From an uncultured Pseudomonadota bacterium (GTDB lineage: Bacteria; BMS3Abin14), in contig CAYVSA010000001.1 in assembly GCA_964454175.1 (NCBI GenBank), positions 22,170 to 86,169 of the forward strand: a stretch of 64,000 bases of DNA. Reading direction: 5' to 3'. The translations under genes were made by a program, and so were the position numbers. The notes beneath the pieces were generated by a model, which had not been told where the DNA came from, did not search any database, and was given only the letters and a program-made list of their open reading frames with translations. Numbering within the stretch: the stretch's first letter is position 1; every line of letters starts with the position of its first letter. This document shows, one piece after another, positions 37,690-47,637 of the stretch.

Positions 37690-39330
37690 GTGAAGATGAT
37701 GTTTAACAGAGCTGCAGCCCTTTTATGCGATATAGCCGGGTATGGCAACATGGCCCTTTCTTCTGATGCTACTGTAGGAGAGATGATTGAAAAGATGTTC
37801 GAAAATTCAAAGGGCGCTGTTGTGATCCTGGGAGAAGGGGACCGTCCAGTCGGTATCCTGACCGAAAGGGATGCTGTCAGGATGCTCTTCGAAGGAGTGG
37901 ATCTGGAGAAACCTGCCATAGATCACGCAAAAAAGTCCATCATCTCCGCTCTGGGGGACAGATCCGTTGGACACGCCCTCAATCTGATGCTGGAAAACAA
38001 TATCCGGAGGCTGGTGGTGGTGGACGAAATGGACATCTTCCTCGGTCTGGTGACGCAGCAGGACCTGATGATACACCTGGAGGAAGATTTCTACAGGGCC
38101 GCTATTAAAGCCAGACATATAAGGGATCAGCTCAAAAAGCTGGTCAGTTCATCGCCCAGCGAGTCTATCAGTTCGGTTCTTGAAAAAATGGTTCTGGAAA
38201 ACGTCAGTGCGGTCCCCGTACTCCAGAAGGGCAAACCGGTGGGCATGGTAACGGAGATGGATTTGCTGGGAATAGTGATGGAGGGTGTGCCCTTCGGTGA
38301 CAAGATAGGGCTGTACATGTCTGATTCCGTTGAGTGCGTTGAAATGGACGACAAACTGGTGGACATTGTAAAGGTTCTTAATGCAATGGATGTCCGGCGG
38401 GTAGTCCTGTGCGACGAGGAAGGTCTTGCTGTGTCCGTTATCACGAACAGGGATCTGGCCAGCAACCTGGAGGGGGACTACAGCGAATTTCTGGAAAAGA
38501 AGCTGACTTACTCCAAGGAGATCCTGAACCTGTTGCCGGAGATGATCATGGAGCTCGTGGACACAGGAGAAGACCAGCTTGTGCTGTGGTGTAATGACAA
38601 GGTGGCGGGCAGGTTCGGTGAGAATATCATTGACTCATCCATAACCAGGCTCGTCCCGCCCGAGCGGTGGAACAAGATATGTGGTGTTCTCAGGAGGCAG
38701 GGCCGGGTAGAGGACGTAAAGTATAAAAAGGACGGAACTGTTTATGAATTTTCAGGGTTTTACCTGCCCCTGGATAAGCCTTCCGAGATGGGACGGATAC
38801 AGCTCATAGTAAGGGACATTACCGAAGAGGAGATGCTTGCCACAACGGATCCCCTGACCAGCGTGTACAACAGAAGGTACATGAACGAGTTCCTCGGTAG
38901 AGAGATACAGAGGAGCAGCCGCATGGCAAAGGAGTTTGCGGTTATCCTGGTCGACATTGACGATTTCAAGAAGGTCAATGACACATTCGGCCATGCGTCT
39001 GGTGACTACGTGCTGAAAACAATTGTTGGGGTTATCATGTGCGGCACCAGGGATTATGACGTTGTTGGCAGGTATGGGGGCGAAGAGTTCCTGATAATAC
39101 TTCCTGAAGTGGACCGCCTGGACGCCAAGCTGGTGGCTGAAAGGATAAGGAGTGCTATTTCAGAGAAGAAGTTCGAGGTAATTGGCGGCGAGGTAGTAAA
39201 ACTTACTGCCAGCCTTGGGGGCGCCTGTTACGGGGTCGACGGAGCCTCCCAGGATGACCTGCTTACCATGGCTGACAGGAGAATGTACAAGGCAAAAGAA
39301 GCAGGGAAGAACAAAGTGGTTTTCGATTAG
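37690..39330 (+). CDS. Diguanylate cyclase with four CBS domains
   Basis: Two CBS pairs (GILTERD, GLVTQQD, GMVTEMD, SVITNRD); DPLT..YNR, DIDDFKKVND, RDYD I-site and GGEEF. Confidence 0.92.
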   Translation: MKMMFNRAAALLCDIAGYGNMALSSDATVGEMIEKMFENSKGAVVILGEGDRPVGILTERDAVRMLFEGVDLEKPAIDHAKKSIISALGDRSVGHALNLMLENNIRRLVVVDEMDIFLGLVTQQDLMIHLEEDFYRAAIKARHIRDQLKKLVSSSPSESISSVLEKMVLENVSAVPVLQKGKPVGMVTEMDLLGIVMEGVPFGDKIGLYMSDSVECVEMDDKLVDIVKVLNAMDVRRVVLCDEEGLAVSVITNRDLASNLEGDYSEFLEKKLTYSKEILNLLPEMIMELVDTGEDQLVLWCNDKVAGRFGENIIDSSITRLVPPERWNKICGVLRRQGRVEDVKYKKDGTVYEFSGFYLPLDKPSEMGRIQLIVRDITEEEMLATTDPLTSVYNRRYMNEFLGREIQRSSRMAKEFAVILVDIDDFKKVNDTFGHASGDYVLKTIVGVIMCGTRDYDVVGRYGGEEFLIILPEVDRLDAKLVAERIRSAISEKKFEVIGGEVVKLTASLGGACYGVDGASQDDLLTMADRRMYKAKEAGKNKVVFD

Positions 39331-39526
39331 ATTTCAGCTGGACTACGCTGAGTAGTATCGCTATGAAATGATATCAAAAAGATAGCTTGTCCTGGATTCT
39401 TTGCGACCTTTTGCATATTCCCGGGCAGCCGGGACTTAGAAGACCTACCGGGTTCTGGCGCCACATGAACTCCAGCCCTGGAACTATTTGTACACGCCTT
39501 GTTATCACAGGCTCAGACAGGGTGAA

Positions 39527-40429
39527 TCAGACCGACTCAGGTTCAATAAAAATACGCTTTACCTCAGGATGGTTCTCCTTAATGGACCTGTCCAGTTCCA
39601 TAAGGATCCTTTCCACCTCGCCGGCGGGTATTTTGTCGGTAAAGTCCACGGCAAGGTTTGCCAGGATGTAATCAGGGCCCATGTGAAGTGTCAGGACTTC
39701 CTTGACAGACTCAATTTCGGGAACGGACTCAGCAAGGAGGCGAATGCTTTTTACCGTCTCTTTATTCGCGCTCTCTCCGATCAGGAGGCTTTTGGTCTCA
39801 TAAGCAAGCCAGATCGCTGTTCCGCCGAGGATCAGTGAAATGACGATGGAGGCCGAGCTGTCGAAAAAACTATTCCCTGTAATGTGACTCAGTAATACTC
39901 CTGCAAATGCGGCAAAGATCCCGAGAATGGCAGCAGAGTCTTCAAAGAATACAACGAACAGGGAAGGGTTCTTGCCCCTCCTGACGGCCTCGAAATACCC
40001 AAGATTGCCTTTGGTTTTTGCGAACTCCCGCCTGGCGATGTTCCAGGTAATACCCTCAAATATCATTGCCAAAGCAAGAACCATGTAGTTCACGTATGGA
40101 CTTCCGAGTGTGCCGGGGTGGCGCAGGTTGTGTATGCCTTCGTAGGCAGACAATCCCGAACCCAGTGAAAATATCAAAATGGCTACGACAAAACTCCAGA
40201 AATAAATTTCTTTACCATGTCCAAAGGGAAACTCATCATCAGGAGGTTGGGATGCTCTGTTGATGCCGTATAAGAGCAGGACCTGGTTGCCCGTGTCTAC
40301 GAGCGAGTGTATGCACTCAGCCACCATCGCTGAGCTGCCGGTGATGGCGGCAGCGCCGAATTTCGTCACTGCTATCAGCAGGTTGCCGGCGAAGGCGGCA
40401 AGGATGACTTTTTTTGAACCCGTCGACAT
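39527..40429 (-). CDS. Cation diffusion facilitator family transporter
   Basis: AECIHSLVDTGNQ, FPFGHGKE and FFEDSAA. Confidence 0.92.
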   Translation of the reverse strand: MSTGSKKVILAAFAGNLLIAVTKFGAAAITGSSAMVAECIHSLVDTGNQVLLLYGINRASQPPDDEFPFGHGKEIYFWSFVVAILIFSLGSGLSAYEGIHNLRHPGTLGSPYVNYMVLALAMIFEGITWNIARREFAKTKGNLGYFEAVRRGKNPSLFVVFFEDSAAILGIFAAFAGVLLSHITGNSFFDSSASIVISLILGGTAIWLAYETKSLLIGESANKETVKSIRLLAESVPEIESVKEVLTLHMGPDYILANLAVDFTDKIPAGEVERILMELDRSIKENHPEVKRIFIEPESV

Positions 40430-40749
40430 CAGTTCAACTCCGGTCAGCTAGACTTCCATATGGTATTTACCATCTGCCGGCAGAAAGATACAGCAGGCAG
40501 GAGATTTGATTCCGTAATCTTTCGGAGTGCGTTGGCATAATACAGGACATTGAAATGGAGTAAAAGCATCAGGGAACCGGCTGAAACAAGGACTTCATTT
40601 TGATGGTAAACATTAAACATCTATTGATATCATTTTTATATCACAGACTGATATTCTGTTCATTAAGTTCATATTTGGCTGCGTGGCTGCTGATCCACCG
40701 CCAGAAAAATCGCTAACTTATGTTCAGGCGGGTTATAGATTCCGGTGGG

Positions 40750-40777
40750 TTGCAATTTCCGGAAATAGACTTATAAT
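40750..40777 (+). promoter_or_regulatory. Sigma70-type promoter of slyD
   Basis: TTGCAA-16 nt-TATAAT. Confidence 0.55.
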
Positions 40778-40809
40778 CCACGCTTATGCCTTGAAAGGAG
40801 GACGTAAAA

Positions 40810-41289
40810 GTGAACGTTAAAAAGGACATGGTAGTAACTATTGATTACACGCTCCGGGATGAGGACGGGGAAGTGATAGACTCGTCCAGTGATCACGGAC
40901 CGCTGACATATCTGCATGGTGGCGGGAATATCATACAGGGCCTTGAAGATGCCCTGGAAGGAAAGTCGGCAGGTGACACCTTGAATGCTGAGATAGCCCC
41001 CGAAGGCGGTTATGGCCTTCGCGACGAAGGCCTGACTCAGGTTATTCCCAGGGATGTATTCGGTTTTGAAGGGGACCTCGAGGCCGGAATGCAGTTTCAA
41101 GCGCCGACAGAAGACGGCGACATCGTGGTAACTGTTGTGGAGGCCACAGAGGACAGCGTTACTGTAGACGGCAACCATCCCCTCGCCGGAATGCCTCTTC
41201 ATTTCGAAGTGACTGTACTTGAACTCAGGAAGGCAACGGCAGAGGAACTGGAAAGCAGCCACGTACACGGAGCCTCCTGCGAACACTGA
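40810..41289 (+). CDS. slyD: FKBP-type peptidyl-prolyl isomerase SlyD
   Basis: PLTYLHG..NII.GLE, VDGNHPLAG, short His/Cys tail. Confidence 0.93.
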   Translation: MNVKKDMVVTIDYTLRDEDGEVIDSSSDHGPLTYLHGGGNIIQGLEDALEGKSAGDTLNAEIAPEGGYGLRDEGLTQVIPRDVFGFEGDLEAGMQFQAPTEDGDIVVTVVEATEDSVTVDGNHPLAGMPLHFEVTVLELRKATAEELESSHVHGASCEH

Positions 41290-41368
41290 GAAAACATTTA
41301 CCCTGATTTGCTGGCGGTCGGGGCCCGAGTCTATTGAACCTGATGCATCTCCCGGAATCTTCATTTCC

Positions 41369-41397
41369 TTGACGCAGGCTTTAGTTGCGTCTAGATT
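41369..41397 (+). promoter_or_regulatory. Sigma70-type promoter of the ABC transporter operon
   Basis: TTGACG-17 nt-TAGATT. Confidence 0.55.
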
Positions 41398-41497
41398 AAT
41401 TTAAGTTCATCTGTTTCGGTTTGAGGAGTCCGAGCCGTCCTGCTCGACAATGATGGGCCGCAAAACAAATGCGTGGTCCGGCCAGAGGAGGTGTGTT

Positions 41498-42448
41498 GTG
41501 AAGAAGCTGTTTGTTTCCTGGATAATTGTTGTAATTGCTGTGAGTATCGGGGCCCCGGCTGGTGCAAGGAGCTACACTGTTTCGGTGAACCAGATAGTGG
41601 AACACCCTGCACTTGATGCCGTTCGAAAAGGGTTTCAGGATACGCTGAAAGAGAAGGGGTACGATGTTAAGTACAATGTTCACATTGCCCAGGGCAACAT
41701 CTCCACGGCAAACCTTATAGCCAGACAGATCCTCGGTGAGAAGCCCGACCTGGTGCTCGGCATTGCAACACCAACATCACAGGCATGCGCACAGGTCATC
41801 AAAAAGACGCCTATACTGATCACCGCTGTGACGGATCCTGTTGGTGCGGGACTCGTAAAAAGTCTTGATAAACCAGGGGCCAATATTTCCGGGATGACAG
41901 ACATGAGCCCCGTTGACCGCCAGGTTGAGCTTATTAAGGAGTTCCTGCCCGGGATCAAGAAGCTGGGTATTATTTATAATTCAGGTGAGGCTAACTCTCT
42001 CAGTATCCTGAAGGTCCTGAAAAAAGTCAGCGCCGAATCGGGGATAACTGTTGAGGAGGCGACCGTAGTCAACTCCGGGGGAGTCACCCAGGCCGCAAGA
42101 AGTCTTGTTGGCAGGGCCGAAGCCATCTACATCCCGACAGACAACACGGTGGTTTCCGTGTTCGAAGCCATAACGAAAGTATCATCCGAAAGCGACCTGC
42201 CCCTTTTTGCAGCTGATGTAGACTCCGTCCCGAGGGGGGCAATAGCAGCCCTTGCCATTGACTACTACAGAATGGGGCGTCAGACGGGGGATATGGCCAT
42301 CAGGATCTTTGAAGGTGCCGATACGGCAACCATGCCAGTTGAGACCCTTAAAGATCTCAAATTGTACGTGAACCTCAACTCGGCCAGAGACATGGGAGTG
42401 AAGGTCCCGGAATCGGTAATGAAGGGTGCCGACAAGATAATCCAGTGA
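41498..42448 (+). CDS. ABC transporter substrate-binding protein (ABC_sub_bind, putative amino acid)
   Basis: QIVEHPALD, IATPTSQA, AVTDPVGAGLV and YIPTDNTV; GTG start after RBS GAGGAGG. Confidence 0.9.
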   Translation: MKKLFVSWIIVVIAVSIGAPAGARSYTVSVNQIVEHPALDAVRKGFQDTLKEKGYDVKYNVHIAQGNISTANLIARQILGEKPDLVLGIATPTSQACAQVIKKTPILITAVTDPVGAGLVKSLDKPGANISGMTDMSPVDRQVELIKEFLPGIKKLGIIYNSGEANSLSILKVLKKVSAESGITVEEATVVNSGGVTQAARSLVGRAEAIYIPTDNTVVSVFEAITKVSSESDLPLFAADVDSVPRGAIAALAIDYYRMGRQTGDMAIRIFEGADTATMPVETLKDLKLYVNLNSARDMGVKVPESVMKGADKIIQ

Positions 42449-42479
42449 CCCCGGCGTGGGAGCAACTATTTGGAACAGG

Positions 42480-42509
42480 GAGGGCGTAATGGGAATTGCG
42501 CCCTCTTTT
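42480..42509 (+). terminator. Intra-operon hairpin (mRNA stabiliser or partial terminator)
   Basis: GAGGGCGTAAT-GGGA-ATTGCGCCCTC followed by TTTT. Confidence 0.6.
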
Positions 42510-42532
42510 GCTGAGAATACAGAAAGCCGCAG

Positions 42533-43420
42533 ATGACCTGGTACGCTTTCTCCGGAGCCCTTGAGCAGGGGTTTGCGTATGGGCTCATGGTCCTGGGGGT
42601 CTACCTGACGTTCAGGGTACTTGATTTTCCTGACCTCACTGTGGACGGCAGCCTGCCCCTGGGAGCAGCCGTCAGCGCTGTGGCAATAACAAAGGGCGTT
42701 GACCCCTATGTTTCTCTTCTTCTAGCCGCCGGAGCCGGCTTCCTGGCCGGTATGGTCACCGGTATCCTGAATACCAAATTCCGGATTCTACACCTCCTGG
42801 CCTCTATCCTGACCATGATTGCTCTTTATTCGATCAATATAAGGATCATGGGAAGGCCCAACATGACGCTCCTTGGCAAAAGGACCATACTTGACCCGCT
42901 TTACTCAGCCGGCATGTCACCGTCCCAGGCGGCGCCACTGCTGTTTGGGGTTGTTTCCATCCTGGCAGTCGTATTCCTGATGTGGTTTCTCCATACCGAA
43001 ATGGGCCTTGCCATACTGGCTACCGGCGACAACAAGCAGATGATAACCAGCCAGGGGGTCAACACCCACAGTGTGATCATTTTCGGTGTGGGTCTGTCTA
43101 ATGGCCTCGTGGCGTTGTCCGGGGCAATGGTCTGCCAGAACCAGGGGGCCGCAGACGTTAATATGGGCGTCGGTACAATAGTGGCGGGGCTGGCATCGGT
43201 GATAATCGGAGAGACTGTCCTTGGCAGCAAGTCGATTAACATGGCTGTGATAGCAGCTCTTGCCGGTTCAGTCATCTACCGTGTGTCTATAGCTCTGGCA
43301 CTGGGCCTAAAGCTGGGCAGGTTCTCCTTCACCCCCAGTGACCTGAACCTCATTACAGCTATCCTGGTGGTCGCGGCCTTGACCCTCCCGAAGGTCAGGC
43401 AGAAGTTGAGGCTGAAATGA
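42533..43420 (+). CDS. ABC transporter permease
   Basis: FRVLDFPDLTVDGS and GLASVIIGE. Confidence 0.92.
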   Translation: MTWYAFSGALEQGFAYGLMVLGVYLTFRVLDFPDLTVDGSLPLGAAVSAVAITKGVDPYVSLLLAAGAGFLAGMVTGILNTKFRILHLLASILTMIALYSINIRIMGRPNMTLLGKRTILDPLYSAGMSPSQAAPLLFGVVSILAVVFLMWFLHTEMGLAILATGDNKQMITSQGVNTHSVIIFGVGLSNGLVALSGAMVCQNQGAADVNMGVGTIVAGLASVIIGETVLGSKSINMAVIAALAGSVIYRVSIALALGLKLGRFSFTPSDLNLITAILVVAALTLPKVRQKLRLK

Positions 43421-44211
43421 TCCAGCTGGAACAAATTACAAAGTACTTTCACAGGGGCAGTATAAACGAGGTCCTGGCCCTGGAGGATATCAGCCTCAAG
43501 GTGAAGAGAGGGGACTTCATAACTATTATCGGGTCAAACGGCGCCGGCAAATCGACCCTCCTTAACTGTCTTGCGGGGAGCTTTCCCGCGGATGCCGGTT
43601 CCGTACTGTTTCACGGTCAAGATGTCACAGCCTGGCCAGAGCACCGACGGGCCGCGTTTATCAGCAGGGTATTCCAGGATCCACTGCTGGGAACCTGCGC
43701 ATCACTCACTATTGAACAGAACCTCGCCCTGTCGGCAATGCGTGGCAGAATACACGGACTTGGCAAGGGCGTCAGGAAGAGCAGTCGTGAGCTGTTTCGG
43801 GACAGGCTGGGCAACATAAGTCTTGGGTTAGAGGACCGCCTCAAAGACAGGGTGGGACTGTTATCGGGCGGTCAGAGGCAGGCATTAACGATGCTGATGG
43901 CTGTTATGGTGCACCCGGAGGTTATGCTCCTTGACGAACATATCGCAGCGCTTGATCCTAAAACGGCCAATCAGATCCTCCATCTTACCGAGAAAATGGT
44001 ATCTGAAAACAGGCTCACGACCCTTATGGTGACTCACAACATGAAGCAGGCGATCCGGATGGGCAACCGGCTCATTATGATGCACAGGGCAAAAATTATC
44101 CTGGATGTTGAGGGAAAGGAGAAAATGAGCCTCACGGTTGAAGACCTGGTCGAGAGGTTCTACACGGCAGGGGGGGAGGAATTCTCTCAGGACAGGATGT
44201 TACTTATTTGA
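43417..44211 (+). CDS. ABC transporter ATP-binding protein
   Basis: [16 protein letters not shown] and LLDEH. Confidence 0.95.
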   Translation: MIQLEQITKYFHRGSINEVLALEDISLKVKRGDFITIIGSNGAGKSTLLNCLAGSFPADAGSVLFHGQDVTAWPEHRRAAFISRVFQDPLLGTCASLTIEQNLALSAMRGRIHGLGKGVRKSSRELFRDRLGNISLGLEDRLKDRVGLLSGGQRQALTMLMAVMVHPEVMLLDEHIAALDPKTANQILHLTEKMVSENRLTTLMVTHNMKQAIRMGNRLIMMHRAKIILDVEGKEKMSLTVEDLVERFYTAGGEEFSQDRMLLI

Positions 44212-44225
44212 ATAAGGGGCTGTAA

Positions 44226-45296
44226 ATGGACAATACAGAGATCGTTGACCTGCGTTCTGACACTGTTACAAAGCCCACATCTGCCATGAAGCGGGCAATG
44301 GCCGAGGCCCGGGTTGGGGACGACGTATACGGTGAGGACCCCACTGTAAACAGTCTGGAAGAGCTGGCTGCGGAAAGGCTGGGAAAAGAGGCGTCTCTTT
44401 TCATGCCTTCTGGAACCATGGGCAACCAGACTGCTCTGCACACCCATTGTTCGCCCGGCAGTGAGGTCATCGTTGAAGAAAAAAGCCACATCTCCAACTT
44501 CGAGATGGCTGCCATGGCAGCGCTCTCAGGTCTCCTGGCACACCCGGTCTGCACCGATGACGGCCTCCTTACTGCGCAGCAGGTAAAGGACGCAGTCAGG
44601 CCGGATATCTACTACCTGTCCAGGACGGGCCTTGTCGCGCTGGAAAACACCCACAACATGGCCGGCGGCAAGGTTATGGACAGAAGTTGTACGGAACAGA
44701 TCCTGGAAGTTGCAGCGAAAGCCGGTGTACCCACCCATCTTGACGGGGCCCGTATATTTAACGCTGCTGCTTTCCTCGGCAGGCAGGCAAGTGACCTTGC
44801 AGAGGGGTTTGACTCGGTTATGTTCTGTCTTTCAAAGGGCCTCGGAGCTCCGGTGGGGTCTATGCTGTGCGGCTCTGAGAAGTTCGTGGCAGAGGCGCGG
44901 CGTGTGCGGAAGATGTTCGGCGGCGGCATGAGACAGGCAGGTGTGATAGCAGCTGCAGGCCTGGTAGCCCTGAGGGACATGACCGGGCGCCTTGGCCAGG
45001 ACCACGATGCGGTTCTGGCGCTGGCAGAAGGGCTTTCATCGATCAGGGGGCTCGAGGTCCCCGTTTTACCGGAAACAAATATCCTGATGGTGAAGATCGG
45101 CAGCGAGTGGTACCAGGATCAACTGGGCAGACCGGTCCCTGGTGACATGAGCCTTGCGGGAGGTTTTGTTTCCCACCTCAGGAGGGCCGGCGTCCTCATG
45201 CTTGCCCTGAACGATGAACTTGTGAGGATGGTCACTCATTACGACCTGCCGGAGAACGGGATAGAGAGGGCTGTTGAGGCGGCACTCACAAACTAA
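44226..45296 (+). CDS. ltaE: Low-specificity L-threonine aldolase
   Basis: [30 protein letters not shown] and [12 protein letters not shown]. Confidence 0.95.
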   Translation: MDNTEIVDLRSDTVTKPTSAMKRAMAEARVGDDVYGEDPTVNSLEELAAERLGKEASLFMPSGTMGNQTALHTHCSPGSEVIVEEKSHISNFEMAAMAALSGLLAHPVCTDDGLLTAQQVKDAVRPDIYYLSRTGLVALENTHNMAGGKVMDRSCTEQILEVAAKAGVPTHLDGARIFNAAAFLGRQASDLAEGFDSVMFCLSKGLGAPVGSMLCGSEKFVAEARRVRKMFGGGMRQAGVIAAAGLVALRDMTGRLGQDHDAVLALAEGLSSIRGLEVPVLPETNILMVKIGSEWYQDQLGRPVPGDMSLAGGFVSHLRRAGVLMLALNDELVRMVTHYDLPENGIERAVEAALTN

Positions 45297-45644
45297 TCTA
45301 TATATGTCCGGGAACCCGGTGCAATCCCCCGCCTTCGCAAGAGCCTTTGAGCTTCGCTTCGTGATTCACCCGGACCCCTCTTTACATAATGTTAACAAGA
45401 AAAAAGACTGCCTAAAAAATACGTCTTTTTGGGCCCGCCTCAATGTAGAATCCAACGCTGACTGGATTTTTGTCGGAGCCCAAAGTCACTTGACCCAGGC
45501 CAGGTATGGAAAATCACGGTTCTTGATTTTGATTAGCGGTTTTGTGTAGTCTGAGGGTTGTTGGCGGAGTGTGGGGTTTGCAGGCTGGTCAGGTTTAAAT
45601 CCTCAGATCAATGATCCAGGTAATAGAAACAAAGGAGAACTTTT

Positions 45645-46931
45645 ATGGCAGACGTTTCCAGTAGAGATTTCGAGAAGGCTCTTGCAGTTGGGCGCCCGCC
45701 CAATATAGTGAGGCTGTTTCCCAACTCCAGAGCACTTATTGTGAGTGGGAAGGTTATAGACAGAGCCTTGATCGCCAAGGGAAATGCCATGACCATAGCC
45801 GCAAATGGCCGGAATCAGTTTGTCATAAGGGGCGCTCTTGCGGCAGCACAGAGGGCCAATGCAGCTGTCATCCTGGAGATAGCAAAGTCCGAGGGGGGCG
45901 CCAGCGCGTACTGTGCGGTCAATTTCTGGAACCTGGCCAGGATAGCAGACGCCATTGCCAATGAACTGAAGATCACTGTTCCAGTGGCCATTCACGCCGA
46001 TCACTATGGCATCAAGGGAGACGAAGATGTCGAGAGGGCAAAAGTCGAGATACCCTCCATGTTTGATGCTGGCATAACTTCCATCGCCATTGACGCGTCT
46101 CACCTGCCCGACGACCGAAACCTCCTTGCGAGCCTGGCCCTGGCGGATTACGTTCCAAAATGGGCCGGACTCGAGACGGAAGTTGGAGAGATCAAGGGAA
46201 AGGAGGGCCTTTCTACCGAAGAGGAAGCACTGTTCCTGGTGCAGGGACTTAATGCCCACGATGTGTTCCCCGACTGGATAGCCCTGAATAACGGCACTAC
46301 CCACGGCATAGAGAGTTCTGATGCCGGTATTCAGGTAGATCTGACGTCAAGAATTCACAAGACTATCGAGCCCTACAAAATCTCCGGTGCCCAGCACGGA
46401 ACTTCCGGCAACAGCAGTGAACGCTTGAGAAAGATAGCGTCCGAAACCAACACCACGAAAGCTAACGTTGCCACTGCACTTCAGATGATAACTTGGGGTG
46501 TGAAGGTGAATGATTACGGCAATGCGATGCTCGACGATGCGGGAAATTTTGCCAAGGTTTCCGAATCCGGCGTAACAGATAAGATGTGGTCCGATATGGT
46601 TGCTTTTGCAGCAGAAAAAGGCCTCAAGGGCGGGGATTACAAGAAGCTCAACCTCCCCTTTGAGAACCACCTCCTGGGCCAGCCGGAAGATGTCAGGGTA
46701 AGGATGGCCGGTGCGGTAGAGGATTTTGTCTACACTCTTCTGACAGAAGTTTTCAACGCCGGCGACACAGCCACCCTTGCATTAGATGCAATTCTTTCAG
46801 CCGGTAATTACGACCTCGGCCCCAAGACAGGCAGGACCGAAGACCCTGCCGAGTGGACAGAGGACAAGATCATCTCAAAGGCTGCTGCTATCGACTCGGA
46901 CAAGGGGCCCTCAGGCGATTTCGAGGATTGA
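45645..46931 (+). CDS. fba: Class II fructose-bisphosphate aldolase family protein
   Basis: HADH, IDASH, ETEVGEI, NGTTHG, AQHGTSG and KANVAT. Confidence 0.85.
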   Translation: MADVSSRDFEKALAVGRPPNIVRLFPNSRALIVSGKVIDRALIAKGNAMTIAANGRNQFVIRGALAAAQRANAAVILEIAKSEGGASAYCAVNFWNLARIADAIANELKITVPVAIHADHYGIKGDEDVERAKVEIPSMFDAGITSIAIDASHLPDDRNLLASLALADYVPKWAGLETEVGEIKGKEGLSTEEEALFLVQGLNAHDVFPDWIALNNGTTHGIESSDAGIQVDLTSRIHKTIEPYKISGAQHGTSGNSSERLRKIASETNTTKANVATALQMITWGVKVNDYGNAMLDDAGNFAKVSESGVTDKMWSDMVAFAAEKGLKGGDYKKLNLPFENHLLGQPEDVRVRMAGAVEDFVYTLLTEVFNAGDTATLALDAILSAGNYDLGPKTGRTEDPAEWTEDKIISKAAAIDSDKGPSGDFED

Positions 46932-46959
46932 CCGCCATTGTCCGACGTGAACATGAACT

Positions 46960-46987
46960 GAAAATGGCGCCCTATGGCGCCATTTTC
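46960..46987. terminator. Bidirectional terminator between convergent genes
   Basis: GAAAATGGCGCC-CTAT-GGCGCCATTTTC, a perfect 12-bp stem. Confidence 0.8.
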
Positions 46988-47042
46988 TTGTTTATGAAAA
47001 AAGGGTCCCCGTTCCGCACATGTCGCACGTGCCGGTACCGGT

Positions 47043-47393
47043 TTAATCCCGGACCATCACCAGCAGCATCTTGAAGCGTTCAATGGCACTAAGGGCGTGG
47101 GGAATGTTGGCCGGCATCATCACTGACTGGCCTGTGGAGGCTGTTACTGTTTCTTCCCCGATCTTTATCTCAACCTTTCCGTCCAGGACCTGGACAAGAG
47201 CGTCGAAAGGAGCGGAGTGTTCGCTGAGCCCCTCTCCCTGGTCGAATGAAAACAGGGTCACAGTGCCTTTACTGCTCTTGACTATAGTGCGGCTAACAAC
47301 CGAACCTGATGAGTAATCAACGAGGCTCTCCAGGTCCAGCGCTTCTGAGTGGGGCATGCCGGATGACATGTCGCCCTGCTTATGTTCTGCCAT
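47043..47393 (-). CDS. Cupin domain protein
   Basis: TLFSFDQGEGLSEHSAPFDA...MPANIPHAL. Confidence 0.88.
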   Translation of the reverse strand: MAEHKQGDMSSGMPHSEALDLESLVDYSSGSVVSRTIVKSSKGTVTLFSFDQGEGLSEHSAPFDALVQVLDGKVEIKIGEETVTASTGQSVMMPANIPHALSAIERFKMLLVMVRD

Positions 47394-47637
47394 CGTAAAC
47401 TCCTTTCAATAATAGTGCTCTATACGCTGATTTTAACAGGTTTCGAGTAAAGAATATCCAAAGATACGTCGCCCGACATTGATATACCTCAAACAGAACA
47501 TTGTTTTTGACCAGTGTGTTTTTGGTTGTTGATTCGAGAGGAAAGGGAAAATGACACTTTTCGTTTTCCGAGGAGTAAAAAGCCACTCATGGACTTTTTA
47601 CGACACTATCAAAGTTATATATTGAAGGTTAACGGAC

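Noticed and set aside
38970-39015. Hypr-type GGDEF producing 3',3'-cGAMP
   Set aside because: The specificity residue (PleD D344 equivalent, GHASGD) is Asp, as in ordinary diguanylate cyclases
41286-41360. TPP-riboswitch-like words (CTGAGA, ACCCT, GAACCTGAT)
   Set aside because: Spacing is wrong, the ATAATGC..GCGTAGG segment is absent, and the region lies upstream of the predicted promoter
45310-45333. Cobalamin-riboswitch-like GGGAACCCGGTGCAATCC
   Set aside because: The complementary strand of the stem, GCAACTGT and the B12 box are missing, and no B12-related gene follows
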